Source: Candidatus Peregrinibacteria bacterium (GTDB lineage Bacteria > Patescibacteriota > Gracilibacteria > UBA1369). From it: a DNA stretch of 64,000 bases. The stretch covers positions 832,001 through 896,000 of the forward strand of contig OY970195.1 in assembly GCA_963708185.1 (NCBI GenBank), in the 5' to 3' direction. Positions within the stretch are counted from its first letter, which is position 1. The number at the start of each line of letters is the position of its first letter. Positions 9,880 to 19,453 of this stretch are shown one piece after another. Made by a program: the position numbers and the translations under genes. The notes below the pieces were generated by a model. It was not told where the DNA came from. It worked only from the letters and a program-made list of their open reading frames with translations, and ran no database searches.

Positions 9880-11667
9880 ATGAAAAAATTCCTCTACACG
9901 ATAGGCTTCCTGATGTTCTGCTCCGCGCTGTTCAGCCCGGTGATAAGCCATACGGCATTCGGGCAGAACGCCAATCCGGTCGCCACCGGTTATGACAGCG
10001 GTTGTACCTTTCCCTGGTTGACCTGCGGAAACTTTTTGAATATTCCCGACGCCGACTGGGGTGCGACCTTCGGTCAGGACGATCCGGCAAAAGTCGGTCA
10101 AAATCTTTACGAGAATATCCTTGAGATGACGCGCGTTTCGCCTGACAAAAAGGCTTTTCAGAATACCGCCGGGGCTTTCGGGTCAACCCAATCCGACATG
10201 TCGAGGATCCTCAACAACGACTTCGGTCCGATTTTGGATAAAAGTCCTTATCTCACCCAGGATCAGGCCATTCAGAAAATGGTCGAAATCCAGCAGAGCT
10301 ACCAGGATGAAAAAGACATTTATGCCATTCAGGCCGATATCGACGCCTCCGTGACGCCGAATGAAATTTTTGAAGACGGAGATACTTCCAATTCCGGCTT
10401 TGATCTCATCAACGACCTCAATAATATTGAAAATATTCTTTTCAAGAAAATGGACCCCATCGACATCGGGGGAAATTTCGACGCAAGCTCGACGAGCGGG
10501 ACGGGAACCGGTGGAGGCTCCGGACCGCAGCCGACGCAAAACGGGACCAAAGCGCCGGGTAACGGACCTTCCTCAGGGCAGACCGGTACAGCGTCGAGTG
10601 CGCTTGGGAGCAGCGGGGGCGGAACGCAGCAGGTTTCTCCCGAGGCTTCCACGTCGGGCCTGGGACAAAAGCCCAGCGCGACGGACAACCCGAACATCTG
10701 TTTTGCCGATACCACCCTGGATAAAGCCCTCAAAGATTTTGAAAACAAGAAAGCCACCGATGCGAACTATAAGGAAACTCCCACCCAGACGCCACCGGCG
10801 GCTAACGCGAACAAAGGGAGCAACGGAAATAACGGCACCGGAGAAAACACCGGAACGGCTCAAAGCGCATCGACCGCCTCGGCGCCTTTCACTTTTAACC
10901 CTCCCGTGACGGCAACGGTTCAGCCGGCTCCCGCCTCGAACTGGCTGACGACGCCTCCATGCAATGATGTCCTCTGCATCCAGGTCAATTTCGTCAAAAA
11001 ACCGGCCTCAGCCTACGTTGATTCCGACAACTGCATCGCCTGCCACGTGGAAAAGATCAATGAAAAACTCAAAGAAACCATTAACCACAGCCTTATTCCG
11101 GGCAAGGCCACCGGAAATCTGCTTGAACCCGGCATCTGTAAACAGGCCACCGCCGATCTCTTCAATACTGTCGGCATGCGTTTTTACGCCGTAGCAAAAC
11201 CCGTGCTCACTCCGACCAACGATGATCTCATTTACGGATCGAGCATGGTCGATGAATGGGACAAGTTCGTGAATACCTACAAACCTTTCCCCTTCTACGA
11301 AAAGAGTGTTCCCGATCCAAGCAATCCAAACGCCGATACCTTTATTCCGAATATTGAAGACAGTGCTGCGAAAGCGGCCGTGGCCTATGCAACTCCTGAT
11401 ACGACGATCGATCAGGTCACGAACAGCATTGACCAACAGGTCCAGGGCCAACAGAAAGCCGTTTCCCAGGCTGTCGCCGTTGCTTCGCCCGCCGTCCAGA
11501 GCGATACCGACAGCAGTTTCTACCAGTCGATCCAGCGCGAACTTGAACAGATGAATTACTACTTCGACAGTTTTCAGAACATTCTCCACCGCCTTCATGA
11601 AAAAGTCGGCGATGTCGATGAAGACCATGCCTGCGCCATCCTCAGCGATATTAAACAATGCCAGTAA
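9880..11667 (+). CDS. Secreted hypothetical protein with G/S/T-rich linkers and paired Cys
   Basis: 595 aa; signal peptide ending AFG; motifs CNDVLC and CIACH; C-terminus ACAILSDIKQCQ. Confidence 0.8.
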   Translation: MKKFLYTIGFLMFCSALFSPVISHTAFGQNANPVATGYDSGCTFPWLTCGNFLNIPDADWGATFGQDDPAKVGQNLYENILEMTRVSPDKKAFQNTAGAFGSTQSDMSRILNNDFGPILDKSPYLTQDQAIQKMVEIQQSYQDEKDIYAIQADIDASVTPNEIFEDGDTSNSGFDLINDLNNIENILFKKMDPIDIGGNFDASSTSGTGTGGGSGPQPTQNGTKAPGNGPSSGQTGTASSALGSSGGGTQQVSPEASTSGLGQKPSATDNPNICFADTTLDKALKDFENKKATDANYKETPTQTPPAANANKGSNGNNGTGENTGTAQSASTASAPFTFNPPVTATVQPAPASNWLTTPPCNDVLCIQVNFVKKPASAYVDSDNCIACHVEKINEKLKETINHSLIPGKATGNLLEPGICKQATADLFNTVGMRFYAVAKPVLTPTNDDLIYGSSMVDEWDKFVNTYKPFPFYEKSVPDPSNPNADTFIPNIEDSAAKAAVAYATPDTTIDQVTNSIDQQVQGQQKAVSQAVAVASPAVQSDTDSSFYQSIQRELEQMNYYFDSFQNILHRLHEKVGDVDEDHACAILSDIKQCQ

Positions 11668-11669
11668 TT

Positions 11670-12713
11670 ATGAAACACCTTCGCAATCTCATCATCGTAC
11701 TGATCCTTTCGACCGTGACCCTGACAACGCTCGGCGGGAACGTTCAGGTCGTCCGCGCCCAGACCGGCGATGTTTCCGGCAACGGCGGCGCCGTGTACTG
11801 CCGCAACGGTGCGCGCGATTACGGCAATTTCCTTTCCGCGGTCATCAGCTACAACGGTTTCGTGGAATACTGGAAAGACATCCTCGTCCGCTACAACGCG
11901 AACATGTGTCTCTACCTGGACATCGACAGCCTTTTGACCCGCATCGACAAAGCGCGCCAGCTCATCCGCAACGCTTTCTACAATTGCGATTCCAATGCTC
12001 AGAAACTGGCCAAAACCTACTATCAGCTCGACGCCGAACTTTTCTTTTTGAGAAATTACGTCGACGTTTCCAACGGCAACATTCTCATCAAATCCGAAAA
12101 AGGGGTAACGAACGATTTCATCAGTTACTACGTGAACGACAAAGGGTTTTTCACCACCGACGAGGCACAGACACTGCTCCAGCAGTTCATCAGTAAATAT
12201 CAGGCCCGCATGGATTCTTACCTCAACTGCCAGGACCCTACCTGGGGCAACCTCATTGCCAAATGGAACGAATTCAAATCCAACCTCGGAGGATTTACCG
12301 CGGTCCAGGAGTCCGTGGAGCAGATCAATAAATCATGGGATAACGCCATCAATACTCCGTTCAAACGGACGGGAGGACTACTTGGCGGCCTTCTTGACGT
12401 TAAAATCAACGACCTGGATCCGGCAACGGCATGGAGCGACATCTCCACGCAGCTCAAAAACAACTCTCCGTCCGGTTTCACCTTTAATCAGTTCCAGGCG
12501 GCACAAACGGCTGATGCCGCCTACCATGATGACGTTTTGAGCCGCACGACGTACTTAGGACAGTACCAACAGCTTTACCAAAACGGAACCGCTGACATTA
12601 CGCAGGCCATCATCGACCGTGTGAACTATCTTGATAACTCCATCGTCGGAACGTACGACTATATCGACAAAACCGCCCAGTGCACCAAGGGCATTGTTGA
12701 AAAAGTGTGTTAA
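11670..12713 (+). CDS. Secreted helical hypothetical protein
   Basis: ATG at 11670, 2 nt after the previous stop; signal peptide ending VRA; C-terminus CTKGIVEKVC. Confidence 0.8.
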   Translation: MKHLRNLIIVLILSTVTLTTLGGNVQVVRAQTGDVSGNGGAVYCRNGARDYGNFLSAVISYNGFVEYWKDILVRYNANMCLYLDIDSLLTRIDKARQLIRNAFYNCDSNAQKLAKTYYQLDAELFFLRNYVDVSNGNILIKSEKGVTNDFISYYVNDKGFFTTDEAQTLLQQFISKYQARMDSYLNCQDPTWGNLIAKWNEFKSNLGGFTAVQESVEQINKSWDNAINTPFKRTGGLLGGLLDVKINDLDPATAWSDISTQLKNNSPSGFTFNQFQAAQTADAAYHDDVLSRTTYLGQYQQLYQNGTADITQAIIDRVNYLDNSIVGTYDYIDKTAQCTKGIVEKVC

Positions 12714-12752
12714 AACATCGTTTTTCAATTTTAACAAGTCCCACTTGGGATT

Positions 12753-12789
12753 AAAAAAATCCCCAACGCAACGGTTGGGGGTTTTTTTT
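12753..12789. terminator. Bidirectional intrinsic terminator
   Basis: A-run, CCCCAAC-loop-GTTGGGG, T-run, located between convergent genes. Confidence 0.8.
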
Positions 12790-12863
12790 GCTTTTCTAGG
12801 GCCGTAGTTACAGTTCTTCTGGAACGATGTTCCATAGTTCCTCTTGAGGAACGACACGTCGAT

Positions 12864-13055
12864 TTAACGCAGAACGAAAGAAAAAATGGTTCCTTTGGTT
12901 CTTTCCTTGAGCTGGTTTTTTTCCTTGGCGTTGATGGCGGCGTGCTTGCGCCCTTCCATCACTTCAATGATCTCAACGTTCGAAGCCCGGCAGTATGTGC
13001 AGCTGGGACTTTTACTGGAGATCGAGATTCCGCAATTGGTGCAGTTGAATATCAT
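12864..13055 (-). CDS. Small zinc-ribbon protein
   Basis: 63 aa with CTNC...CTYC; starts 14 nt after the HTH gene stop. Confidence 0.65.
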   Translation of the reverse strand: MIFNCTNCGISISSKSPSCTYCRASNVEIIEVMEGRKHAAINAKEKNQLKERTKGTIFSFVLR

Positions 13056-13069
13056 GTGGGTAAGTAATC

Positions 13070-13516
13070 CTAATCGAGAATGTAATGGTCTAACTCGTCG
13101 GTACGAGTTTTGTTGGGGGTTTGTTCTTGTTCCTTTTTTTTGCTAACAGATCGGACGAAGCTTTCTTTTTTTGGTTCCGGAGTGGTCTCCTCCGATTCCA
13201 AAAGGTTGTCTTCTGATGATCCCCTGGATGATTCTTCGCCTTTTTTCTTTTTTAATCGTTTGTCCGGCGATGGTTTTTCATTCTTGTCTTGAGTGGCCTG
13301 CATTTCTGCTTCCTTCGGAGTAGTCTTGGTGGACTTACTCGCAGCAGCAGCTTCCTGCTCATCGAGGAATTTCATGACATCGCTTTGGCGAATTCTGTAG
13401 ACCCGTCCAAGTTTGCTCGCCCTCAATTTGCCTTGTTTGATAAATTTTAAGACAGTGAAGGGATGCACCTGTAAAATTTGAGCAACTTGATCAGGTGTAA
13501 GGATCTTTTCGTCCAT
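13070..13516 (-). CDS. Excisionase-family (HTH_17) DNA-binding protein with charged tail
   Basis: ILTPDQVAQILQVHPFTVLKFIKQGKLRASKLGRVYRI. Confidence 0.85.
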   Translation of the reverse strand: MDEKILTPDQVAQILQVHPFTVLKFIKQGKLRASKLGRVYRIRQSDVMKFLDEQEAAAASKSTKTTPKEAEMQATQDKNEKPSPDKRLKKKKGEESSRGSSEDNLLESEETTPEPKKESFVRSVSKKKEQEQTPNKTRTDELDHYILD

Positions 13517-13684
13517 TTCTTTAAACTGTAAATAAGGTTTTTTGTATTTTTTATACCTTATTTAAGTTTAGCATATTTTCAAGCAACGAACAATAATATA
13601 TACCTCTGTTTATTTATTTTTATCTATCGGGGACTTTATATCATATTAAAAAACATTTTTCAATAGTTTTAGCAAGTTATTCTT

Positions 13685-13794
13685 ATTCTATTAAATTTAA
13701 TTAAACTTTGTTTAAACATACTTTAAACATTGCCAATTTTTTATTTTTGTTATCTTTTATTAAATTTTATACAATTCTATTAAATTTAATTAAA
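13685..13794. repeat. 21-bp direct repeat ATTCTATTAAATTTAATTAAA (2 copies) in an AT-rich intergenic region
   Basis: Exact copies at 13685-13705 and 13774-13794. Confidence 0.8.
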
Positions 13795-14001
13795 TCTTTT
13801 AGGGATAATTTATAAAATTGTCGACGTTTTCTCAAAAAAATGTTCAAAACTCTTCCATGCGGTTTTCGTAGAATAAATGTTATTTTTTGTTTTAAATATG
13901 CGGAAAATACGCGTTTAGCTTAAGATTCACGTTTAAAATGGCAGAAAACCTTTCAACGGCTGAGAACCCTGTCTTTTGTAAAACATGGCGGGAATAACGC
14001 C

Positions 14002-15279
14002 TTAAAGCTGTTTCAAGATGTTTTTGACGTTCTCAGCCAAGGACTCATCGCCCATTTTTTGCGCAAGATCAAGCATCTTCCGGTAATCGCCCTTATGGGT
14101 CCTCATTACCGAAAGCTCCCTCAATCCTGCCACGCGGCTCTGAATCTTATTATATTCCTTGGCGTAGCAGGCTTTGACCATCTTTTCATTCCCGATCTTT
14201 GCGAAAAGTTCGCGGGCTTTGCTTAAAGAATCTTTGTTATAGAGGTCGATTGCTTCATGTTCGTCCACGTACTTCTTCAACTCTGCATCCCCGCTCTTTT
14301 CTGCATAAAACCGTGCTTTTTTGTAGTTATGCTCTTTGGAATGGTAAATGACGGCGTTATTGAGGATGGCTGTTCTGAGTTTACGGTCTTCGTCGGTATC
14401 GATGCCCGCCCTTTCCACGAAAAAGAGTGCCGTTTCAAAATCTTTTTCCTTGAGGACCTCGACGGCGACGTTATGGTAAGCGATTTTGAGGTTCTTTGTG
14501 ACCAGTTCGCGTTCGGATGACAGCAAATTGGCGAGGTGAGCGGCCTTTAAAAACTCTCTGGGAGCCACCTTGATCTGTTTATCCCTGAAATCGGAAACAT
14601 CAAGCAGGTTGGTGGAAATAAGCTCAACGATCGGAAGAATCTTAATGTAATCCTTATAATTGGCAAAAGACCCGGCCGTGGCTTCGATATCAATCCCGTT
14701 GAAATGGAGACACACGTGGCGTTCCATGATCTTGATCTGGAGCTCCTTGATCTCATATTTCAGCGAAAAGAGGTACGTATAGAGCGTGACGATCTGGTTA
14801 CAGTCGCCGATGAGCTTCTGGTTGTGCTCAAGGTCTGTCAGGAGTTTTCCGAACGAGGCACCTTCAAGATATTCAAATCTTCCGGCCTGCGGACTCAGGA
14901 AGACCATGATCGCTGCTATAAAACGCAATTTTTCGTTGTCCTGCGGAGATTCCGGCCTACTTAAGCCAAGCTCCATCAGGTTTTTGTCCAGGGCTGCGGC
15001 GTCAATGCTGAGATTTTTTGCGAATTCGAGAAAAATTCCGGCGGTATTCTCGCTGTTGCGGTACATCCTTTTTCTCGCTGAACGCTTGAGGTACTTGTAT
15101 CCTTTGAATTTCGCTTCAAGCCACAAATCCAAAATGACGAGATTCTGCTGCATCAAGTCGAGAATTTTTTCCTGAGCTTCAAAAACTCCGAGAAAAGCTA
15201 TTTTCCGCAAAACTTTTTCGATGCGCTTTTCCTGTTTATCAGCATAACGGGAAAACGGGTTCCAGACGGGTTTGATCAT
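14002..15279 (-). CDS. Transglutaminase-like domain plus TPR-like helical protein
   Basis: GDCNQIVTLY...HVCLHF...IDIEAT putative triad; helical repeats at the C-terminus; 3-nt gap after uvrA. Confidence 0.6.
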   Translation of the reverse strand: MIKPVWNPFSRYADKQEKRIEKVLRKIAFLGVFEAQEKILDLMQQNLVILDLWLEAKFKGYKYLKRSARKRMYRNSENTAGIFLEFAKNLSIDAAALDKNLMELGLSRPESPQDNEKLRFIAAIMVFLSPQAGRFEYLEGASFGKLLTDLEHNQKLIGDCNQIVTLYTYLFSLKYEIKELQIKIMERHVCLHFNGIDIEATAGSFANYKDYIKILPIVELISTNLLDVSDFRDKQIKVAPREFLKAAHLANLLSSERELVTKNLKIAYHNVAVEVLKEKDFETALFFVERAGIDTDEDRKLRTAILNNAVIYHSKEHNYKKARFYAEKSGDAELKKYVDEHEAIDLYNKDSLSKARELFAKIGNEKMVKACYAKEYNKIQSRVAGLRELSVMRTHKGDYRKMLDLAQKMGDESLAENVKNILKQL

Positions 15280-15282
15280 CGT

Positions 15283-18186
15283 TTATTTTTTTGCGGGTTT
15301 AAGGACCTTTTTGAGCCACAAACCGGTGTAGGAGGTCTTGACCTTCGCCACCTCTTCAGGTGTCCCCGAAGCCACGATTTCTCCACCTCCTTCACCGCCA
15401 TCGGGACCGAGATCGACGATATAGTCTACGGATTTGATGACGTCGAGGTTGTGTTCTATTGTCAACACGGTATTGCCTTTATCGACGAGTTTCTGCAGTA
15501 CACCAAGCAGTTTGGCCACGTCGTCGAAATGGAGGCCGGTGGTGGGTTCGTCGAGGACGTAAAGGGTCTGGCCGGTCGAACGTTTAGAAAGCTCGGTCGC
15601 AAGCTTGATGCGCTGGGCTTCACCACCCGAAAGGGTGGTGGCTGATTGGCCGAGGCTAACGTACGAAAGGCCCACCTCGTACAAGGTCTCGAGCTTGGTC
15701 TTGATGTTCGGGATGTTCTGGAAAAACTCCAGGGCCTCGGCCACGGTCATATCAAGGACATCGGCAATGTTCTTGCCGCGGTAGGTGACTTCAAGGGCTT
15801 CGCGGTTATAACGGCGTCCCTTACAGACCTCGCAGGGAACGTAAATATCCGGAAGGAAGTGCATTTCGATCTTCTTGATGCCGTCGCCGGCGCAGGTTTC
15901 GCAGCGTCCGCCTTTGACGTTGAAGCTGAAACGGCCGCTTTTATAGCCTCTGAGCTTGGCTTCGGGTGTTCCTGAGAAAAGGTCGCGAATGTCGGTAAAT
16001 ACGCCAGTATATGTTGCCGGATTCGAGCGTGGAGTTCTGCCGATCGGTGACTGGTCGATATTGATGATCTTATCGAGGTTTTCGACGCCCTCAATGCGTT
16101 CGTGCTTACCGGGATGGTTTTTGGTTCCGTAAATAGCGTGCGAGACGGCTTTGACGAGAATATCGTTGATGAGGGTGGATTTCCCGGAACCGGAAACTCC
16201 CGTCACCCCGATGAAGGTTCCCAGAGGAAAACTTACGGATACGTCCTTGAGGTTGTGCTCCGAGGCTTTGACGATCTTGAACTCGTGGCCGTTGCTTTTG
16301 CGGCGTTTTTTGGGAACAGGGATGATTTTCTTCTCACTGAGATACTGCCCGGTGATGGAGTTGGGATTTTTCATGATTTCGGCCGGGGTGCCGGCAGCAA
16401 CGACTTTTCCGCCGTCTTTGCCCGCTCCGGGACCGATATCCAGAATGTAATCGGAAGAAAGCATCGTATCCACGTCATGTTCGACGACGATGACGGTGTT
16501 TCCCAAGTCCCTCAGCGAAACCAGAGTATTGATGAGCTTGGCGTTATCGTTCTGGTGGAGGCCGATGGAGGGTTCGTCCAGCACGTAGACGACGCCGGAA
16601 AGTTTTGAACCGATCTGCGTCGCCAGGCGGATGCGCTGGGCTTCACCCCCGGAAAGGGTATTGGCCGCGCGGTCCAGGGTCAGGTATGAAAGGCCCACGT
16701 CCTGGAGAAAGCTGAGGCGATTCACGATTTCTTTTAAAATAAGCCGCGCGATCTGTTCTTCCATCGGCGTCAATTTGAGGTTCTGGAAGAAATCCGTAGC
16801 CTTTCTTGCCGAAAACTCAGTGACTTCAATGATATTTTTATCGTTGATACGGACGGAAAGCGCTTCGGGGCGAAGACGGTTGCCGTTACAGGCCGGACAC
16901 TTGAGGATGCGCATGAATTTTTCGATTTTCTTGCGGATGTAGTCGGAATCCGTCTCGAGATAGCGACGTTCAAGGTTGGGAATAACTCCTTCAAAAGTGG
17001 TGGTGTAGTTTCCGCTGAATCCGGCTTCGCGATCTTCCTTGCCGACCTTGACGCTGTATTTGGTTTCGCGCGTTCCGTAAAGGACAATTTCCAGTGCCTC
17101 CTTGCTGAGTTTTTTGACGGGAGCATTCATGCTGAAGCCGTGGGCTTTGGCGACCTGTTCCAGAATGCGGTTGTACCAGGTCAAATGTGACGTCGTCGCG
17201 GACCAGGGCATGATGGCGCCTTCGCCGAGAGTGAGATTGTCGTTGGGGATGACGAGTTTTGGGTCGATTTCCAGTTTGGTGCCGAGTCCATGACAAACCG
17301 GACAGGCACCGTGGGGGCTGTTGAAAGAAAAACTTCTCGGACTGATTTCGGGGATGCTGATGCCACACTTGATGCAGGCAAAATGTTCGGAAAAGATCTC
17401 GTCTTTCCCCGTATCTGCGTCACTGATGATCATGATCCCTTCGCCGAATTTTACTGCAGTCTCGATGGAATCGGCCAGACGGGTGCGGTCGGGATTGGGA
17501 AGCTCGATTTCTTCACCTGATGACATTTTCTGGATCTTCTTTTTAAAATCCTTGATGACGAGGCGGTCCACGACGATTTCGATGGTATGCTTCTTATTCT
17601 CGTCGAGTTCGGGGATATTGAGAATGCTCATTATTTCCCCGTCCAAGCGGATGCGGACGAACCCGTCCTTTTTTATTTTTTCAAAGACTTTGATATGACT
17701 GCCTTTGCGGTCGCGGACAACGGGCGCAAGAAGCATGATCCTTTTGCCTTCTTTCATGCCGGCAACCGTTTCCACGATCTGACTCGTGGTCTGGCGGCTG
17801 ATTTTATTGCCGCATTTCGGACAGTACGGGTGACCGACCTTGGCGAACAAGAGACGTAAATAATCATAAATTTCCGTCACCGTTCCCACGGTTGAACGAG
17901 GGTTGCGGCTGGCGGTTTTCTGGTCGATGGAAATAGCGGGAGAAAGTCCGTCGATGGAGTCGACGTCGGGTTTTTCCATTAACTGGAGGAACTGGCGCGC
18001 ATAGGTGGAAAGGCTTTCCACGTAACGGCGCTGTCCTTCCGCATAAATAGTGTCGAATGCGAGCGATGACTTTCCGGATCCGGAAAGTCCGGTCATGACC
18101 GTCAGCTTCCCTCTTGGAATTTCCACATTGATATTTTTGAGGTTGTGGATGCGGGCTCCTTTCACGACGATTTTTTCAGCAGACAT
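15283..18186 (-). CDS. uvrA: Excinuclease ABC subunit A
   Basis: Two Walker A motifs ([18 protein letters not shown]), LSGGEAQRI twice, zinc fingers; 967 aa. Confidence 0.99.
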   Translation of the reverse strand: MSAEKIVVKGARIHNLKNINVEIPRGKLTVMTGLSGSGKSSLAFDTIYAEGQRRYVESLSTYARQFLQLMEKPDVDSIDGLSPAISIDQKTASRNPRSTVGTVTEIYDYLRLLFAKVGHPYCPKCGNKISRQTTSQIVETVAGMKEGKRIMLLAPVVRDRKGSHIKVFEKIKKDGFVRIRLDGEIMSILNIPELDENKKHTIEIVVDRLVIKDFKKKIQKMSSGEEIELPNPDRTRLADSIETAVKFGEGIMIISDADTGKDEIFSEHFACIKCGISIPEISPRSFSFNSPHGACPVCHGLGTKLEIDPKLVIPNDNLTLGEGAIMPWSATTSHLTWYNRILEQVAKAHGFSMNAPVKKLSKEALEIVLYGTRETKYSVKVGKEDREAGFSGNYTTTFEGVIPNLERRYLETDSDYIRKKIEKFMRILKCPACNGNRLRPEALSVRINDKNIIEVTEFSARKATDFFQNLKLTPMEEQIARLILKEIVNRLSFLQDVGLSYLTLDRAANTLSGGEAQRIRLATQIGSKLSGVVYVLDEPSIGLHQNDNAKLINTLVSLRDLGNTVIVVEHDVDTMLSSDYILDIGPGAGKDGGKVVAAGTPAEIMKNPNSITGQYLSEKKIIPVPKKRRKSNGHEFKIVKASEHNLKDVSVSFPLGTFIGVTGVSGSGKSTLINDILVKAVSHAIYGTKNHPGKHERIEGVENLDKIINIDQSPIGRTPRSNPATYTGVFTDIRDLFSGTPEAKLRGYKSGRFSFNVKGGRCETCAGDGIKKIEMHFLPDIYVPCEVCKGRRYNREALEVTYRGKNIADVLDMTVAEALEFFQNIPNIKTKLETLYEVGLSYVSLGQSATTLSGGEAQRIKLATELSKRSTGQTLYVLDEPTTGLHFDDVAKLLGVLQKLVDKGNTVLTIEHNLDVIKSVDYIVDLGPDGGEGGGEIVASGTPEEVAKVKTSYTGLWLKKVLKPAKK

Positions 18187-18269
18187 ATTGAAAAACTCAT
18201 TAAAAAATTAGTAGATCATGAATAATTTCAGGATTTACCTTCTTTATCCATGCACTACACTAGATAGCC

Positions 18270-18298
18270 ACGCTAGCACACTTTTTGCCGTTTAGCAA
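18270..18298 (-). promoter_or_regulatory. Putative sigma70 promoter of uvrA
   Basis: TTGCTA-N17-TAGCGT with TG extension on the minus strand. Confidence 0.4.
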
Positions 18299-18319
18299 GG
18301 GTGCGTGTGCGACGAACAC

Positions 18320-18373
18320 AAACAAAAACGGCGGGATGAAAGGGCTGCAGTAATAATGAGCCTAATCCCGCCG
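18320..18373 (-). terminator. Intrinsic terminator downstream of the prsW-like gene (or a short sRNA)
   Basis: CGGCGGGAT...ATCCCGCCG stem followed by TTTTTGTTT on the minus strand. Confidence 0.65.
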
Positions 18374-18445
18374 GGCGTAAATGTACCAAACGAAATAATT
18401 TTTGCAAGATGATTTTTTCGTTTCTCCTTTTTTGGCTTCGCACAG

Positions 18446-19306
18446 CTATTTTTCCGCATCCTCCAACGCGGGGGTCAATACCCTTCCGTACATCTTGTGG
18501 TCCTCTTTTTTCTCGAGCAGATAGTTGAGCCAGATGTATCCGCCGGTAAGGTAGGGAACAAGCAGGAACGTCCAGTTCATCTCAAGGAAAATGTTGAAAA
18601 GCGCGTGCAGGCCAATGGCTATGACGAGCCCCTGAGTCAGTTTTTCCTCTTTGAAACTGATGTCATTTTTAAAATGAAAAATTGACGCGATTTTACGGAA
18701 AACCGGCCAGTTATTTTTCAAATTTTCGTCTTGAAGGACCGGACCGGCAAAGTGAGCCAAACCATAGTAGTAGCCGAGAATCCCGGAAAACATGATGTGG
18801 GCGAAACTGGAAAAGAGCGATCGGAAGACGAAAGGATAGAGGATGTTTTCGGGACCGCGTTCGGTCATGATGTTGTAGAAGTAGATGATGTTCTCGACAA
18901 ACGCGAAACCCAATGCCACAGTGATGAACATTTCGATGGCGTCGTCGATTGAGGCGATTTTTTCTGCACCGCTCATCTTCACGGCCATGAATTTGGTCAC
19001 TTCCTCAATGACTCCCACGATAAGGAAAGTGAAGAGGACATCAAGAGGAATAGCCGTGAGATTGGCGAATCCGACGAAATCGTCCTGGAACTGGTGAGTG
19101 TAGGCGAAAGCGTTCAGCCAGGGAAAAAATTGCCATAAAAACTTATAGGCCAACAAAGGTGCCACAAAGACCGCACCTGCGATAAAAATGTGGAACGACA
19201 TACTCTTGTTGCCGACCTGCTTTTTATAAAAAATGTATCCCCATACTGCGGCCGGGACGAGGGCGAGGGCGAGGGCGAGGGCTGCTTTCAGGATATTTTC
19301 CGGCAT
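18446..19306 (-). CDS. PrsW-family intramembrane metalloprotease
   Basis: VGVIEEVTKF, ALGFAFVENI, FAHIMFSG, GLHALFN; ATG at 19306 chosen as the start. Confidence 0.92.
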   Translation of the reverse strand: MPENILKAALALALALVPAAVWGYIFYKKQVGNKSMSFHIFIAGAVFVAPLLAYKFLWQFFPWLNAFAYTHQFQDDFVGFANLTAIPLDVLFTFLIVGVIEEVTKFMAVKMSGAEKIASIDDAIEMFITVALGFAFVENIIYFYNIMTERGPENILYPFVFRSLFSSFAHIMFSGILGYYYGLAHFAGPVLQDENLKNNWPVFRKIASIFHFKNDISFKEEKLTQGLVIAIGLHALFNIFLEMNWTFLLVPYLTGGYIWLNYLLEKKEDHKMYGRVLTPALEDAEK

Positions 19307-19453
19307 AGTGGTATTGGTTTTTTGTTTTTTGTCTGGGAAACGGTTTGTTTTCGCTATCAAAATATTATAACATATTTTGACTATTTTTACTATACATGAC
19401 TCCCTATACCAAAAAAACGCTTTCGGGAAGGGGGATGCCTTTCTTCTGCGGTT

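Noticed and set aside
13517-14001. Replication origin
   Set aside because: The region is AT-rich but has no convincing TTATCCACA boxes, and no dnaA/dnaN is nearby.
19258-19281. (CGAGGG)x4 microsatellite as a phase-variation tract
   Set aside because: It is an in-frame hexamer encoding Ala-Leu repeats in a TM helix, so slippage would not shift the frame.
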